From positions 12,153,630 through 12,215,399 of the forward strand of contig NC_069006.1 in NCBI RefSeq assembly GCF_001194135.2: a DNA stretch of 61,770 bases, given 5' to 3'. Numbering within the stretch: position 1 is the stretch's first letter; each line of letters starts with the position of its first letter. The notes under the pieces are model-generated. The model was not told the origin of the DNA. It made no database searches and saw nothing but the letters and a program-made list of their open reading frames with translations. Positions 1 through 13,019 of this stretch are shown here, one piece after another. The stretch comes from Octopus bimaculoides. Lineage: Eukaryota. The translations under genes and the position numbers were made by a program.

Positions 1-231
1 TTAATGATTTTATGCATTGGACCCTATAGTCCACTCTTCTCCTTCTGCTAATGCATTCAGATTAAGTATAAATATAGTTACATTTCCATACAAAATATAT
101 ATAGGTTGAGAAGCAGTATAGGTTTCAAAATGATAAGCTTATAGAGGTATCAATCTTGAAGAAAAGTTTTTTAGCTGTTAGTTCTTGACTGAGAAGAGGT
201 GAGGGTTTGAAGTTGAATCACAACAACTTAC

Positions 232-315
232 TTTTATTCATGCAAGAAGAATAAAGTATTTTGGCTTTTTGGATTGAAATATTTTCTTCATCTGAGATTT
301 CAGATTCAAGGAGAT
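232..315 (-). CDS. Neprilysin/ECE-like (M13) peptidase, coding exon 5 of those seen
   Basis: Minus strand reads ttacag|ATCTCC...AATAAAA|gtaagt; 84 nt, phase 1-1. Encodes (D)LLESEISDEENISIQKAKILYSSCMNK, matching the M13 'KAKxLYxSCMN' motif and in frame with the 4161-4322 exon. Confidence 0.93.
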
Positions 316-376
316 CTGTAATGAGAATTTAAAAGAAAATATCATTGTAGTAGTAGCATTGAGGATGATGATAATC

Positions 377-384
<8 letters not shown>

Positions 385-409
<25 letters not shown>

Positions 410-615
410 GTAATTCTTTCTACTACAGGCACAAGGCTTGAAATTTGCAAGAAGGACATTAGTCATTTACATTGATTCTTATTTTATCCACCCTGAAATG
501 ATGAAAGGCAAAGTTGACTTTGGTGGCATTTGAACTAAGAACATAAATCCAAACAAAATGCCACTAAGCATTTTGTCTGACATGCTAATGAGTCTACCAG
601 CTCATTGCCTTAATA
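385..615 (-). mobile_element. tRNA-derived SINE (abundant family, (ATT)n tail)
   Basis: Reverse strand has a tRNA-like head with GTTCAAATGCC B-box, central 'gtcaactttgcctttcatc...gataaaataag' and an (ATT)n tail. Related copies are at about 35200-35625, 36571-36780 and 38600-38940. Confidence 0.7.
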
Positions 616-939
616 ATAATATCAACAAGTTTTGTTTTTCCAGTACATCTTGTCCAATTTAACGTTTTTAAGCTAGATTGTTTAGCGCGTGACAAGCTCT
701 GATCTCTAAAACATAAATCCTGTTATAAAACAGTGTCAAAATAACCCATGTTTGTCCTATACCTAGATAGCAGATTTTGAAGCTAACTGTGGATCTTCTA
801 TATAACAAATATATTGATTTTTAAAGAGTATACATGAAGACAGGATAGCCATGGTTGCAATAGATGGGGAAAGTCAACACTAATAATAATGGTGTATATG
901 TTTCTATTTTCTTAGAGGCAGCAACATTCTTTTTTCTTA

Positions 940-1270
940 GATTATATTCCACCTGACTGATTGGCACGGAGCTACCAGTACACTCTAGTGCTCCACACAT
1001 GTGCTGTTTCCTCAGTCTATTTTCCTACCACTACTACAATGGTCCCTGCTCTTTATAGTTAACTAATCTCATGCCATTACCACTCAGGTCCACCCAATTC
1101 ATTAGTCTCCTGTCACCCATATTATCCTTACCCTACTCTAGGTCTTGTACTAAACACCATATATCCAGGCATTCTTTCACAAAATGTCAGTACTCTGGAA
1201 ATGCCTTCCTGCATGTCTTTTCCGTAGTTGCACAAGGAAAACATCAGCTACATTGATTTTGATCTCATGA
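940..1270 (+). mobile_element. Degenerate CR1-group LINE 3' end
   Basis: Broken frames give 'SIF.YHYYNGPCS' and 'HSF...SVLW.A', resembling the C-terminus of CR1/Zenon-type ORF2. Similar relics are at about 52440-52760 (+) and 39530-39790 (-). Confidence 0.45.
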
Positions 1271-4160
1271 GAGCATTGTGAAGATCAAACCATTAAGAAA
1301 CAAAAGTGATCATTCATCTACAAACTGTTAATTTAATTTTGTTTTATTCTAATTATTGCTTCCTATAGTAGTAATTATAAAATGTTAAGATCCAGTAGTG
1401 ACTAAAGTTTAATGCTATCACCTGGCTCACATAAAACATTACAATTTAGTACAGAAAATGGTTACAAAATACATAAATTATTGTAGTAGAAGAGTGATAG
1501 CACTGATTTCACTGAAAACTGAGTCTTTGGATTTATGCAATATTCTTGACAATAACACCTATTAATTTCCATTAAGGCATTCCTTTGACATCAACTAAAT
1601 AATGACAAAATTATTTTACTAAATACTTCATTATTTCCAAAATTAATTTAAAACAAAGACAGTGTAGTTCAGTGGAAATATGCTAACAAAAGCATTCAAA
1701 AAGGAAAAGCACAGTGGATAATGTAGTTGTAGATATAGAAAAATATGGGATGGTCATGAAGGGATTGGTTTTGATCATGGATTTGTTTTGCATGAACTGA
1801 TTTGGGGTTGAGCAACAGCATTCATAAAAGAATGAGAGAAACCCTTGTTATAAAAGCTATCACAGTTAAATCTGAATTTGAAACCTTTTGCTTTTTATTT
1901 TTTAAAATTATTTTTTCTATTTTAGAAATAAACTTTTGGGGTTGTATTTGATAACCGGATGTTAAACTAGAGTCTTGTCTTTGTTCCTCTCCAACTTTTA
2001 GGCTTAGCAGGTTAATACACATTGTGGGATATGTGACCCAAAGCTGCACCACAAGGAAACGGACGTTAATCAGTGTCTGACACTATTGTAGTTAGTATGA
2101 TACCTAAAGACTACCGGTACTGCAGCTCTTTCTCACTTATTGAGGAAATGCATCAGCTAACCTGTTTAAATGATTAACTACATTTCGTCTACAACCTTTG
2201 CTATTTATTAATCTGTCACTGCACATATTGAGAATGTCCTCTTTTTTTTATTGTTTTGATGTTACTGTAATTGTCTGCAATCACTGCACCCATTCTAACC
2301 ACCACAACCGTTTGTTGCAAACAGTTGTGATTTCAAATTGTTACTGTAGAACCAGTCTAGAACCAGTAATCAGGTCAGTTATCAGTGATTAATTTCTTGT
2401 ATTATGGGTCAGTTTTGTCTATGATATAATTCTATTTTGTTTTGTCACATGAGACTATGAATATCTCAACAGTAAAAGACAAGGCGAACTCTATCATAGG
2501 TTCACAAAGTGTTAACACTTAATGTAGGTTACATTACAAAGCTAACTACAAATTATTATAATTATTATGCAGCAAGGTAAAAATAACTAATATTAATATG
2601 GAGTAAATAACTGGTTCAGTATTATTCTGAATTCATCAGTGAAGCATAGACTTCACTTCATCTGTCAAAATAGTGGAAATAGAATCACTAAGTGAATGTA
2701 TAAGAATGTACGTTAGTCAGCACAGAAGAATAGAATTGTTCAGAGATATCATCTGCATGAAAATCAACAGTTAAATTAGTATTAACATATTTAATGTAGG
2801 AGAATTAAAAAGGTTAACTAGAAACATCATAGCATTGTTTGGTCTCAGTTAAACAAGATGATGTGGTTAAGACATTTCAATATCTGTTCTTAGGCTCTGA
2901 GTTCAATCTACTGCAAATGTTCTGTTTAATCATGAGAGATACTTAATTCTGTACACCTCAGATAATCTAACTCCATTGAGAATGTGATCTATGATGGGCT
3001 TGAAACCCTATCCAAGAGGAATGTTAATTTTCACTGCTTAAAGCTGTGATAAATTTGGTGCAAAGTTCTAATATTTAGCTTTCTTTGAAGGTATTTAGTT
3101 TCTCATTCTCTAAATATTGTTTCAATGGAGTAACAGAAACATTAGTGTACCATACTAAATACCCTGCCATATTCATATCTTTGTACATTCAGAATTCAAA
3201 GCTATTGAGGTCAATTTTGCTTTACACTCTATTGACTGATTATAAAAATATTGAAGAACTGGGACTATGTAGGTTGGCCAGACCTGACCTCTTTAAGTAT
3301 CAGCCAAGAATTGAAGCTTAACAGATCAGTGAACCCTCACTCAACCATATCTGGGCCTTGTCTCTAATTGGAAATTATAATTTAACCTCGTCATAGTGAA
3401 ATTAGTAAGGTAAGGGATTTCAGCATAATTAGTAATATCATTAGGGGTTAATTTATTGATACTGTTCCAGGAAGACTTAGAGATTGGAATTCTTGCCTAG
3501 ATTGTCTTGATAGATAATAAACAATGATATTGAACCTATGAAGGAGCACTCAATTTGGTTGCTCAACCTACTAGAAATAGCAGCACTGTCTGTTTCAGAT
3601 CAAACCTTACTCACCTAAAAAAGAAACATATTAAATGTTTAAGTTTTAGATAATTCTATGTGAAACAAAAAAAGTCAGTGGTCAAAGCTGGAACACTTTT
3701 TATCATAACTCTGCTGGATTGTTGCTAACCATTTCAAAGATTTTTTTTTTAAGTTTTAACTCAGAAGGGAAAAGGGTAGCATTACTAACCACTTTACAGG
3801 CTAGTAGGAGAAAGGGAAAGGAAACTTGAAACTTAGTTTCCATTCTTGTAATAGAGTGGAACTTAGTAAAGACATCTGAACAGACAAATGGGATTGTTAA
3901 ACTGGATGACACATTAAATCTACCAACTGAAAGAGGAATTACTGTGCATTTCACAAGCTTCTACAGAATTTCTGTCTACTTTGTTTCACTCAGCAAGATT
4001 TGATACATGCCTCTGGAATAAGAGGCTTGCCCAAGGTTTAGAACCGCATGATTATGAAGCAAAATTCTTAACCACATGACTGGAATTAAACAACAACCAC
4101 TGCCATTACAAACAATATGATCTTTTTGATTCATTCAGTTCTACAATATAGCCAAATTAC

Positions 4161-4322
4161 CTTTAAGTAAGGACTGTAGTTGGTTCCTAAGTTGTTCAAA
4201 TGTGCTGTAACTGGAACTATCTTCTGGAATTGGATTCAGTCTTTTCCAACTTCCACAGGCAAAGTCATAAAAGTTATCACATGGGTCTACCTTGGTATTC
4301 ATTGCATCCATCAGTCTTGCCG
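4161..4322 (-). CDS. Neprilysin/ECE-like peptidase exon (DPCxxFYxFACG motif)
   Basis: ttttcag|CGGCAAG...CTTAAAG|gtaatt; 162 nt, phase 1-1. Encodes AARLMDAMNTKVDPCDNFYDFACGSWKRLNPIPEDSSSYSTFEQLRNQLQSLLK, the hallmark M13 N-terminal motif. Confidence 0.97.
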
Positions 4323-7300
4323 CTGAAAATATTGTATATATTATATATTTGATAATTTCACTTGACCATAACTATATTAATATATTGTTAGAACTCAGTA
4401 TATATATTTCAGAATAAAGTGTTAGGCAAATAATGATTGTAATATGAAATTAATGGAACAATAAGGGAATGTGAATTACATATGCAACTGCATTAGCCTA
4501 CAGCTCTGAGTACACTGCTTTTTATAGCAGAAACAACTGTAAGCTAATGAAGTTGCTATATATGTGTGTGTGTGTGTATGTGAGAGAGAGACTTCATGTT
4601 CATTGTATGAAAGTAGTATGTCAAATGTTTTTTGACGATTATATATACACATCATCGTTTTACTGTCCACATTTCCATACTTGCATGGGTTTACTGAGAT
4701 AGATTTTGCTACAGCCAGATTCCCCTCCTGTTTCCAGGGGAGAAAGTTCCATAGTCTATTGAGCATTGAACAGCCGAAACGTATTTACAAGCCCCTTTCA
4801 TTTATAAAGCTTGCACAACATCAAGAAACCTGGAAATGTTTTCATGGTTGACTGCAAGCCTACACCACTTGTATTTAATAATAAGGCTGTGGCTCTGTTT
4901 ACAGTTAATGAACACATTTAAGACAAAGAGAAAATACAAATCACTCTCACACACATGCATATATACAGTAGACTTCAGTCTTTTCTTACCAATTACATTC
5001 ACAAGGTATTGGTTGATCTGCAGCTATAGTATAGAACATTAGTTGACAATGTTCATGCAGTGGGGACCAAATCCCTAACCTTGTGGTTCAGAAGTGAACT
5101 TCTAAGCTATACTTCAATGCACTCCCACACCCCCACAAACAAGCAAAAATTAGCTAAGAGAAATTACTCCAAGTAGCATGAACTAACAAGGACAAAATTA
5201 TATTTACTTTGATAGAAAGTAAGCAAGCACCTAATGGCAACTGCAATCAATACTTTTCCTGAAGAAGACTTAGACATCAAAAAATAGTTGGGGCAGTTAT
5301 AGTCTTGGCTAATTAGCATAATTAAAACAAAAATGAGCTAAGAGAAAACTTAGTGGCAAGTAATGTAAATTTGGTTCAAGACAAATACCATACAACATAA
5401 ATTGATGTATTGAAATTATCTTTGATAGAAGGTACCTTAAACCTTCACTCTTTCTTCACATTATTCCTTCTTATATTCCTCTTTCTTGGCATACATTACA
5501 CACTCTTCCTTTTATCGCCCTATCTTCTGTACCATCCTATTTCTCTGTCACCCATTGTTTACACTAATTCTTTCTTCTGTTCATACTCTGTCATGTTGAC
5601 TTTGAATGAAGACAAGAGACAATTCTTTTAGACCTTCCAAGAACATGACAATCTCCCCGGTGCAGCTACTGCAATAAAGTGCACCAAGTACATTGTAAAA
5701 TGGTTAGTTTTCAGATGGGCATCCAGCTGTAAAACCTATACTAAAGTAGCATGTATGAACAAAACATGAACCCTGCCTGATCATGTAGGAGAACAGTATC
5801 TCTGAATAAGAATTAACCAGGACTGTAACAGCCTGTCCAATAAATTCCTGTAAGGAAAGTGAGTTGACATAAAATGTTTATACACACACAAACACACATG
5901 CACATATATTGACACACACATTTTAATATATAAACACATGCAAGCTTGTATATTATGATACAGTAGTTTGAGTGAAAACTTATGTGAACACATGCACGCA
6001 TGTGTGCATACACACACATAATGAAAGAGAAACAGACATTTTGCAGAATTAGTGACAATTAAAATACCTTGCATTTCATTACATTCCTTTATGTTCTTAG
6101 TTCAAATACCACCATGATCAATTTTGCCTATGATGTCAATAAAATAAAATAGCAAAAGCGATGTCATGCATTATCCTCCTCCTTTGTGACTTTGAGCCTT
6201 TGTGAAATATCAATATTTAGTTATGTGATATGGAAATTAAAGTACTGAAATTTTGGTTTAAGTACTTATTCAAATAGTACCAATAGGTTTAGTTAGACTC
6301 AATACTCAAGTTTTGGTATCAATCTCATCTCTTAATAGTCAGTAGTAGAAAAAATCATCAAGTTGTGAAGGAAATATCAATAATTCTCATGGAACTATTT
6401 AACTCATGTTAATGCAGTTGCAGTGATGGAGAATTTAATGTTGAAATGTTCTTTTATTATTTTCAATGATTTTTGTAGCTGAAAAACTAATATCAAACCA
6501 GAGTTCTATCAATGCTTCCTTGACAAATACATAATATTGGTTGGTTTATTGAAACTTCTTTTTTATAAATAGAATTCAGATATTTTATCTCCAGAAGATA
6601 AAGAAATTTTGATTAAAAGTATTTGTACATCTATTTGATCTGTTCTATTGGAAATAATGGTTCTGAAGTTGGTTGCCTTTTCTAGATTCAACCATTCTGT
6701 GATAAAATTGGAATAGTATCTGTTTTGTAATTTCCAAAACTGAAGCATGTTTGCTTAAAATTTATTGTGATTGAAATGTTGTTTTTCTATAATTTTTTTT
6801 TACTTACATGTAACACAATAGATGCAGTATGGCTGAATAGTTAAGAAGTTAGATTTGTCACCACAAGGTTCCAGGTTCAACCTCACTGCATAATATTTTG
6901 GGCAAATGTTGTCTTCTTTAGCCTAGAGGCAACTCATGCTTGTGAATGAAACTTAAGAGAAAGAAAATATATAGAAGCCTATTAGATGGATTGTAACTGT
7001 TATTCAAAAGGCACACTCTGTCATGTTGATTCTGCCTGAAAATTACATTAAGGACCTGTCTGTGGAATATTTAACCATTTACATTTTAATTCAGGAGAAG
7101 GTAATCTAGTTGATTAGACAGTTGAATCTTCATTAAAGGATGGAGATGTAATGCATATATCATAGATACTTTTCAAAATGGCTGCTGGAATACCATTTAT
7201 TTGATCTTTACTAAAGACACGGGAAGAAAAAGACATATCTGCTATTTAACAATTGTGAGGATGGAGAAGGTGAAAGTATATTATTTTTAACCTTTATTTA

Positions 7301-7689
7301 TATTTTGTTCATATTTCCATTGATATACACTGCATAGGTGCTTAAATTTTGAAAATAATGAAAAATTTGGAGGGACTTAGTAAAATAACTAATATTTTTA
7401 TTATTAAACTGGTGTTTGTAACAGAACTCAAGATTCTTACTTAATATTAGAGAGGAAAGTTTTAATTTAAATAGGAACATTTTTAAAGCAAGGGCTTTTG
7501 TACCTTAGAAACAGAGGCTATGTTGGCTATGTTTAGTGTCAGAGGGATTAAGCATGAGAAATTGATAGGTGTTAAGTCAATTGAAACATACTTGTAAGAG
7601 AATAACTCCATTGACCAGTTTGTATTTTTGAGCCACAGATTGAACAGAAACAGTTACTTTATAAAAAGTACACCATTGGGTGATATATG

Positions 7690-7960
7690 TTCCTGAAGAG
7701 AGGCAGTTATTTAAGCAATCTATCATAGTGTGATCTATATCTCTTAATAGACATAGATCATACTATGATAGACTATGAACAGTCTACCATAGAGTGCTCT
7801 GTCCTGAACAGAGACAGTTATTCAATCTACCACAAAGTGGATTGTTTCCCTGAATAGAAGCAGTTATTTGAACAATGTGGTCTGTATCCCTGAATAGATA
7901 CAGCTTTTGAACAATGTACTATTGCGTTGTCTATAATGGAATATAGACAATTATTTTATC
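7690..7960. repeat. Degenerate ~40-45 bp tandem repeat with embedded fold-back hairpin
   Basis: The motif cctgaa(t/c/g)aga..cagttattt recurs near 7692, 7803, 7849, 7889 and 7938. An inverted repeat at 7719-7772 forms a 24-bp stem. Confidence 0.75.
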
Positions 7961-8331
7961 AATGATAATCAGAATATCTACTATTCCAATCTTTATAGAT
8001 GTATTATGATTTTTGCCCATTCAACAAAGTTAAACAATATCAAAGCTGCATTGGTAATTAGGTGGTTGACTGCTTGGGAAAAACAAATACTGAAATTAAG
8101 CATCAACTTTTCAGCCATTTGCTCAACCTGCTAGAAATACAAGCTATTTCACTTTTAAATCATTTTACAAAAATGAGTAACATACTGAATTATGTGATCT
8201 TAGATATAGTGTATCTGAATAGATATGATGGCCATGGCTGGAACATCTTTGATCATAAGTCTTTTCAAGCAAGACTACCTTGGCTAAACAACATTAAAAA
8301 ATAATGATGGGTATTAATGTGAGAATCTTAC

Positions 8332-8388
8332 CTGCTTTAACGCAATCTTTTGTCAAACATAAATTTTCAAGAGCTAATTGTTGAGGAT
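8332..8388 (-). CDS. Neprilysin/ECE-like peptidase stalk exon (CLTKDCVKA)
   Basis: cttttaaag|ATCCTC...AAAGCAG|gtaaga; 57 nt, phase 1-1. Encodes DPQQLALENLCLTKDCVKA, the M13 CxxxxCV motif preceding AARL. Confidence 0.93.
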
Positions 8389-9387
8389 CTTTAAAAGACA
8401 GATACAAAGAAAAAAGGAAAACCAACATCAAAATTCCAATTGCATATAGATAGAATATAAAAGACTTTTTGTTTGTAATTATGAAAATCTTGCAAATTTC
8501 GCAGACTACAATAGCATTTATCATTCCTGTTTTGTAGATATTCTCCTATTCTGTCAGTTATGGTGGTTATTTAGGCTCTTTAGACATGCAAGTCACAAAG
8601 TGGCCTTGCAAAGGCTGGGGCTACAAAAATGTTTACCCAGTACAATCTATAAAGAGCATTGAGCCATAGAAACCATGGCAAAACTGAGACATTGGCGCTC
8701 GGGTGAATCCTGTCCAACTCGTGCCAGCATTGAAAAGTGGGTGTAAAATAATGATGATGAGTATGTTTAGTGGTATGTCTTATCAAAACACACATACTAG
8801 CATCTTTTCAGTTTTCACCAACAAATTTGCTCATGAGGCTTTGATTAGCCCAGAACCATTGTAAAAGGTACTTTCTCAAGGTACTGCACAGTGGGACTGA
8901 ACTTAAAACTATGTGATTGTGAACTTCTTAATCACACAACAAGTAACTCATGATATGATTATTTATTCAGCTAAAAACTTACATTCTCATTTTGAAAAGT
9001 ATAAAGAATAGATGTTTGTATTTAAAGCAAATGGCTATATGCCAGTTTTCAATCTGGATACCTCATACATCTAGATTGGAAGTTCCATTTCATGAAACCA
9101 ACTGTGGCTAGTTTTAAGAAGTGGCTGTATCATTAACCTGATTTAGCCAGTTTAAATGTTATAGGATTAACAATGTAGATTTTAATTCAACATAAAGCCA
9201 CTTTTTGTCATGGTTGTTGATTGAACTGATCTGTAATATATCCCTGAGATTTATTCTAACCATTACAAGGATGAAAGACAAAGTCAAGCTCTGTAAGATT
9301 TGAACTCATAATTGTGGAGAGATGAGACAGTTTAAGTCTTTTCTATGAAGTAACAAAATCTGTTAATATTAATGTCTTCTGACTTAC

Positions 9388-9524
9388 CTTTCTGGTTCTT
9401 CATGCTGAGAATTACCACAAGGCTTATACCAAGACCAGTTGCGAGAATACAAAGGGAGATCATAACAGTTCTCATTTCTAACCAAATAAAGGGCCGATTG
9501 CCTCTTTTGGTTGTTGTTTCAAGT
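9388..9524 (-). CDS. Neprilysin/ECE-like peptidase cytoplasmic-tail/transmembrane exon
   Basis: tattccag|ACTTGAA...CAGAAAG|gtaagt; 137 nt, phase 2-1. Encodes LETTTKRGNRPFIWLEMRTVMISLCILATGLGISLVVILSMKNQK: basic residues then a hydrophobic signal-anchor, in frame with the next exon. Confidence 0.9.
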
Positions 9525-9640
9525 CTGGAATATAAAGTAATTAATACAACACTCTTTAATTAACAACAAAAAAACAAGGAAGTAATGTGTTCAGATTTCA
9601 AATAATTTCTTTAAGAATGAATGTATTTTTAATGTTTTAA

Positions 9641-10606
9641 CCCTTTCGTTACTATATTTCTGACACCCCTCATGAGTTTCAATTAAATTCTAAAATAATC
9701 ATGAATTTAGACTAGTCTCATTAAACACCTGTAACTTTTTTATTTATCAACATATTAATGTGATATTTGGAACATAATTAAAGAAAGGGTTCTTAATCAA
9801 TTTTATTGCATAATTTTTGTCTCTGGGGTATTGCAAGTGTCTCTCACATGTAAATATTGGTTCAGCTTCACAAATCGTACTCGTTCATAATACTGGAAAT
9901 ATAGTCATCGCCAAAAGGTTCCTGATCGCTCCAGTAATTTGTTATTCTGGGTAACTGTCTAATACCCATAATAATATTTATGGCAAAAAATGCCCGTATT
10001 TCATCTACAGTTGCAGGAAACCACAAGCTATCTTTTTTTTCCGGTTTGTTTACATTCTGCGTAATGGTTTGTTTCCGCAGTAATCATTTCAAACAAGCAT
10101 GAAAAAGAAGTCTAAAGGTTTCGCTTCCTGAGAAAGACTATGGGTAGACCCTGTTTCCTCAGANNNNNNNNNNNNNNNNNNNNNNNNNNNNNNNNNNNNN
10201 NNNNNNNNNNNNNNNNNNNNNNNNNNNNNNNNNNNNNNNNNNNNNNNNNNNNNNNNNNNNNNNNNNNNNNNNNNNNNNNNNNNNNNNNNNNNNNNNNNNN
10301 NNNNNNNNNNNNNNNNNNNNNNNNNNNNNNNNNNNNNNNNNNNNNNNNNNNNNNNNNNNNNNNNNNNNNNNNNNNNNNNNNNNNAAAGTTTAAAAAAATT
10401 AACGCCGCAAAAAATGTGGAAAAAAATCTTCCAAAATTCACTGAGTTCAAATATCACGCCAAACAATGTCGGAGACAATAACTCAACTGTTTGCAAAGTG
10501 AAATCAGGTGTTTTAACGAATGTACTAACGAGATTTGAGTTCAAATATACATTTAAATAACAATGGGTACGTTCGGCCGGCTACGGCAGGGTTAGTAACA
10601 AAAGGG
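9641..10606 (-). mobile_element. Non-autonomous piggyBac deletion derivative, copy 1
   Basis: TTAA|CCCTTTCGTTACTA ... TAGTAACAAAAGGG|TTAA (TIRs plus TTAA TSD). Minus-strand frameshifted remnant 'PLDFF..EMITAETNHYA..WFPATVDEIRAFFAINIIMGIRQLPRITNYWS..RVRFVKLNQYLHVRD' is typical of the piggyBac N-terminal region. No DDD core; contains an N gap. Confidence 0.93.
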
Positions 10607-13019
10607 TTAATGCAATATTCTTGGATAGGTTCTGCAGGATTTAGGTTGGTGCAGGAATGGGAAGTTGTGATACTCATACCTTTTCTTTATTCTATCAATA
10701 TGAGCAAAAATGAATCAACAAGAGGCCATCTATTTGGTTGTTCAACTACTAGAAATAACCAAATCTCCCTAAAATGGGATACATTGGATAATGTAATATT
10801 AAATATACAAAGCATAATGGTCATATCTGAAACTTGTTTTATTATAGGCTTATTTGGTTAGGGCTGACTTGGGGTCAAACAACATTATGAAGGAAGAACC
10901 CATTAGATAATGTAGTGCTAGATATAATATGTCTGAATAAAAGATGATATGGTCACAGCTGGAAGTCTTTGATCATAGATCTGCTATATCAAAATAATCC
11001 TGGGGCTAAACTACAACATAAGTTGCATGAAATAACTTTGAAATAGGAACAATTTTTAAAAAATAATTTACTCTTTAATCTATTCTAAGTGCTTCAGTTA
11101 TGAAGTGAAGGGTGAGAACTTGTGGGTTAATGCTTTTCCTTTTAGTGGCAACATCAAGCTAGAAAGCATATTACAGAGTTAATGAGGGAGCCTTTCCATC
11201 ATCACTTGTTAGTAATAGCACCCATACTTCCTTCAAATTTGTCCAAGTGAACTGCATATGAAAAGACTGGATGATCATGGCTGGCATGTCTTTGATAGAT
11301 CTGCTTGACCAGGACTCACCTGGGGTTAAACAACCAATACCACATCAAAGAAATGCTTTAACAGAAATCTATATATTACACTGTTATTTATGGCAGTCAA
11401 CACAATTTTCTTTGAAAGTAAATGGTTTTTTTTTTTTCATTCTTTTAAAGTTTCAAATCAATCTCCCCTCTACTTCAGTCTTGGACTCATCTGTTGTCTT
11501 GGAAACCTTTCCTACTTGTTCTCTTATTATTAATAATCCACATCACTTTTAATCATGTCATTTGTATCACAGTCTCTTATCTTGCTTTTCATCCACTAAA
11601 GTATCTTCCTTGGCTATGGGGGAAGAGGAAGGGAAGGTTTTATCCTGTTCTCTTTGAAATGGCATATTTAATAAATAACAAATTTTCAATGTATTTGTGA
11701 ATTCTGTAAAATTGCGCTGCAAGGTGTTGCTACTGAAATCTTTTCATATTGCAGCAAGATGCAAAACCAATTTCCTTTTTTTCCTTCTCCATAATTGGTT
11801 TAGGAATGTTTGCCAATTTCAAACACTAAGTCTTTGAAAAAAATTTCAGCTAACTGCACTATTCTAATTGCATTTTTCTGCAAAAGAGCTTGCAGAGGTG
11901 TTGATACAGGAGTGGGAAGGGTAGATGGTGTTATTGATACTGGAGACAACAGTAAAGTGAATAGAATTTTTGTATTTTTTATTTACAGGATTGTCTTTAT
12001 TTCATTATTTGTGTTTGTATTTATTTTTTGTTTTATTTCAATGTTTCTCTATGAATGAACATGTACACTGTCTTACAGGGCCCTATGGTGATAAGGAAAT
12101 GCTTGACTGATGTGGTTTGGTATTAAGACTGAAGGTTATAATAGGTATTAGGGGGTTGGTTTGATATTAAGACTGAAATTTATATTGGGTATTAGATGGT
12201 TGGCAATAATTGTTGTTCAGCTCCAGGTCAGCTCTAAAAATGTTCCAACCATGACTATCTTGTATGATGTTTTTGCGGCTACATTATCTAATGTGTCCCT
12301 TCTGCTTTATAGTTTTCTTATATGCTCCAGGTTAGCATATCTATGATGAAGTGTGCTCCAGTTAAAAGTCTGTTATTTTATATTGATACATTGTAGTATT
12401 TAGGACTACATTATCTAATATATTCTTCCTTACTGTTTTTTTAGTCCCAGGTCAGCCCTTGTATATTTGTGTATGTGTTTGTATGTATAAACAGTGGAAA
12501 CCACTTATAACCATTGATAGTGTCCTCTATTTGTAATTGTTATAAAAATCAGCAGGTTGTTTAATGCTGCCAGCTGGTTATTCTGAAAAAATAAAGTGGG
12601 AGGGTGGCTTCCTCACAAAGTGATCAAACTATACAACTTCCATTCATATGTGTGTTGTTTGGAGTAACTAAATACGTCTTCAATATGTCTACTTCAGTAA
12701 TTTACTCAACCAAGTAAAATGATGACATGTGGTAATAGAAAATAGAGTAGGTAATCTAGTAAGTTCAAATTATCAATGTAGAACACCAAAACTGTTCTCA
12801 AGATAGAAATGGCAAGCACATTTTATTAACACCACTCATTTACTGCACATACTCATATTGAGAGTAGGATGGGGAACAACATATAGCATTACTCCAAGTT
12901 ATTACAACTTTGTGAGTGATGAATTTCCTGTGACATTCTGTGGCTCCTTCATAGTAGTGCTGTATTACTAATAATGATGCTGTGAGGCTTAGCATGATTT
13001 TATAGTGTTGGAAATATGG

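Noticed and set aside
2600-2790. Two acceptor-like sites on the minus strand (ttttcatgcag, ttttgacag) suggesting a cassette exon
   Set aside because: The candidate exon is 41 nt and not frame-preserving, the donor is weak, and no M13 sequence is missing between the flanking exons.
6563-6748. 61-aa minus-strand ORF as an extra neprilysin exon
   Set aside because: The flanking exons (8332-8388 and 4161-4322) already join in frame to give the canonical CVKA-AARL sequence. No M13 motif belongs here, and there is no convincing acceptor/donor pair.
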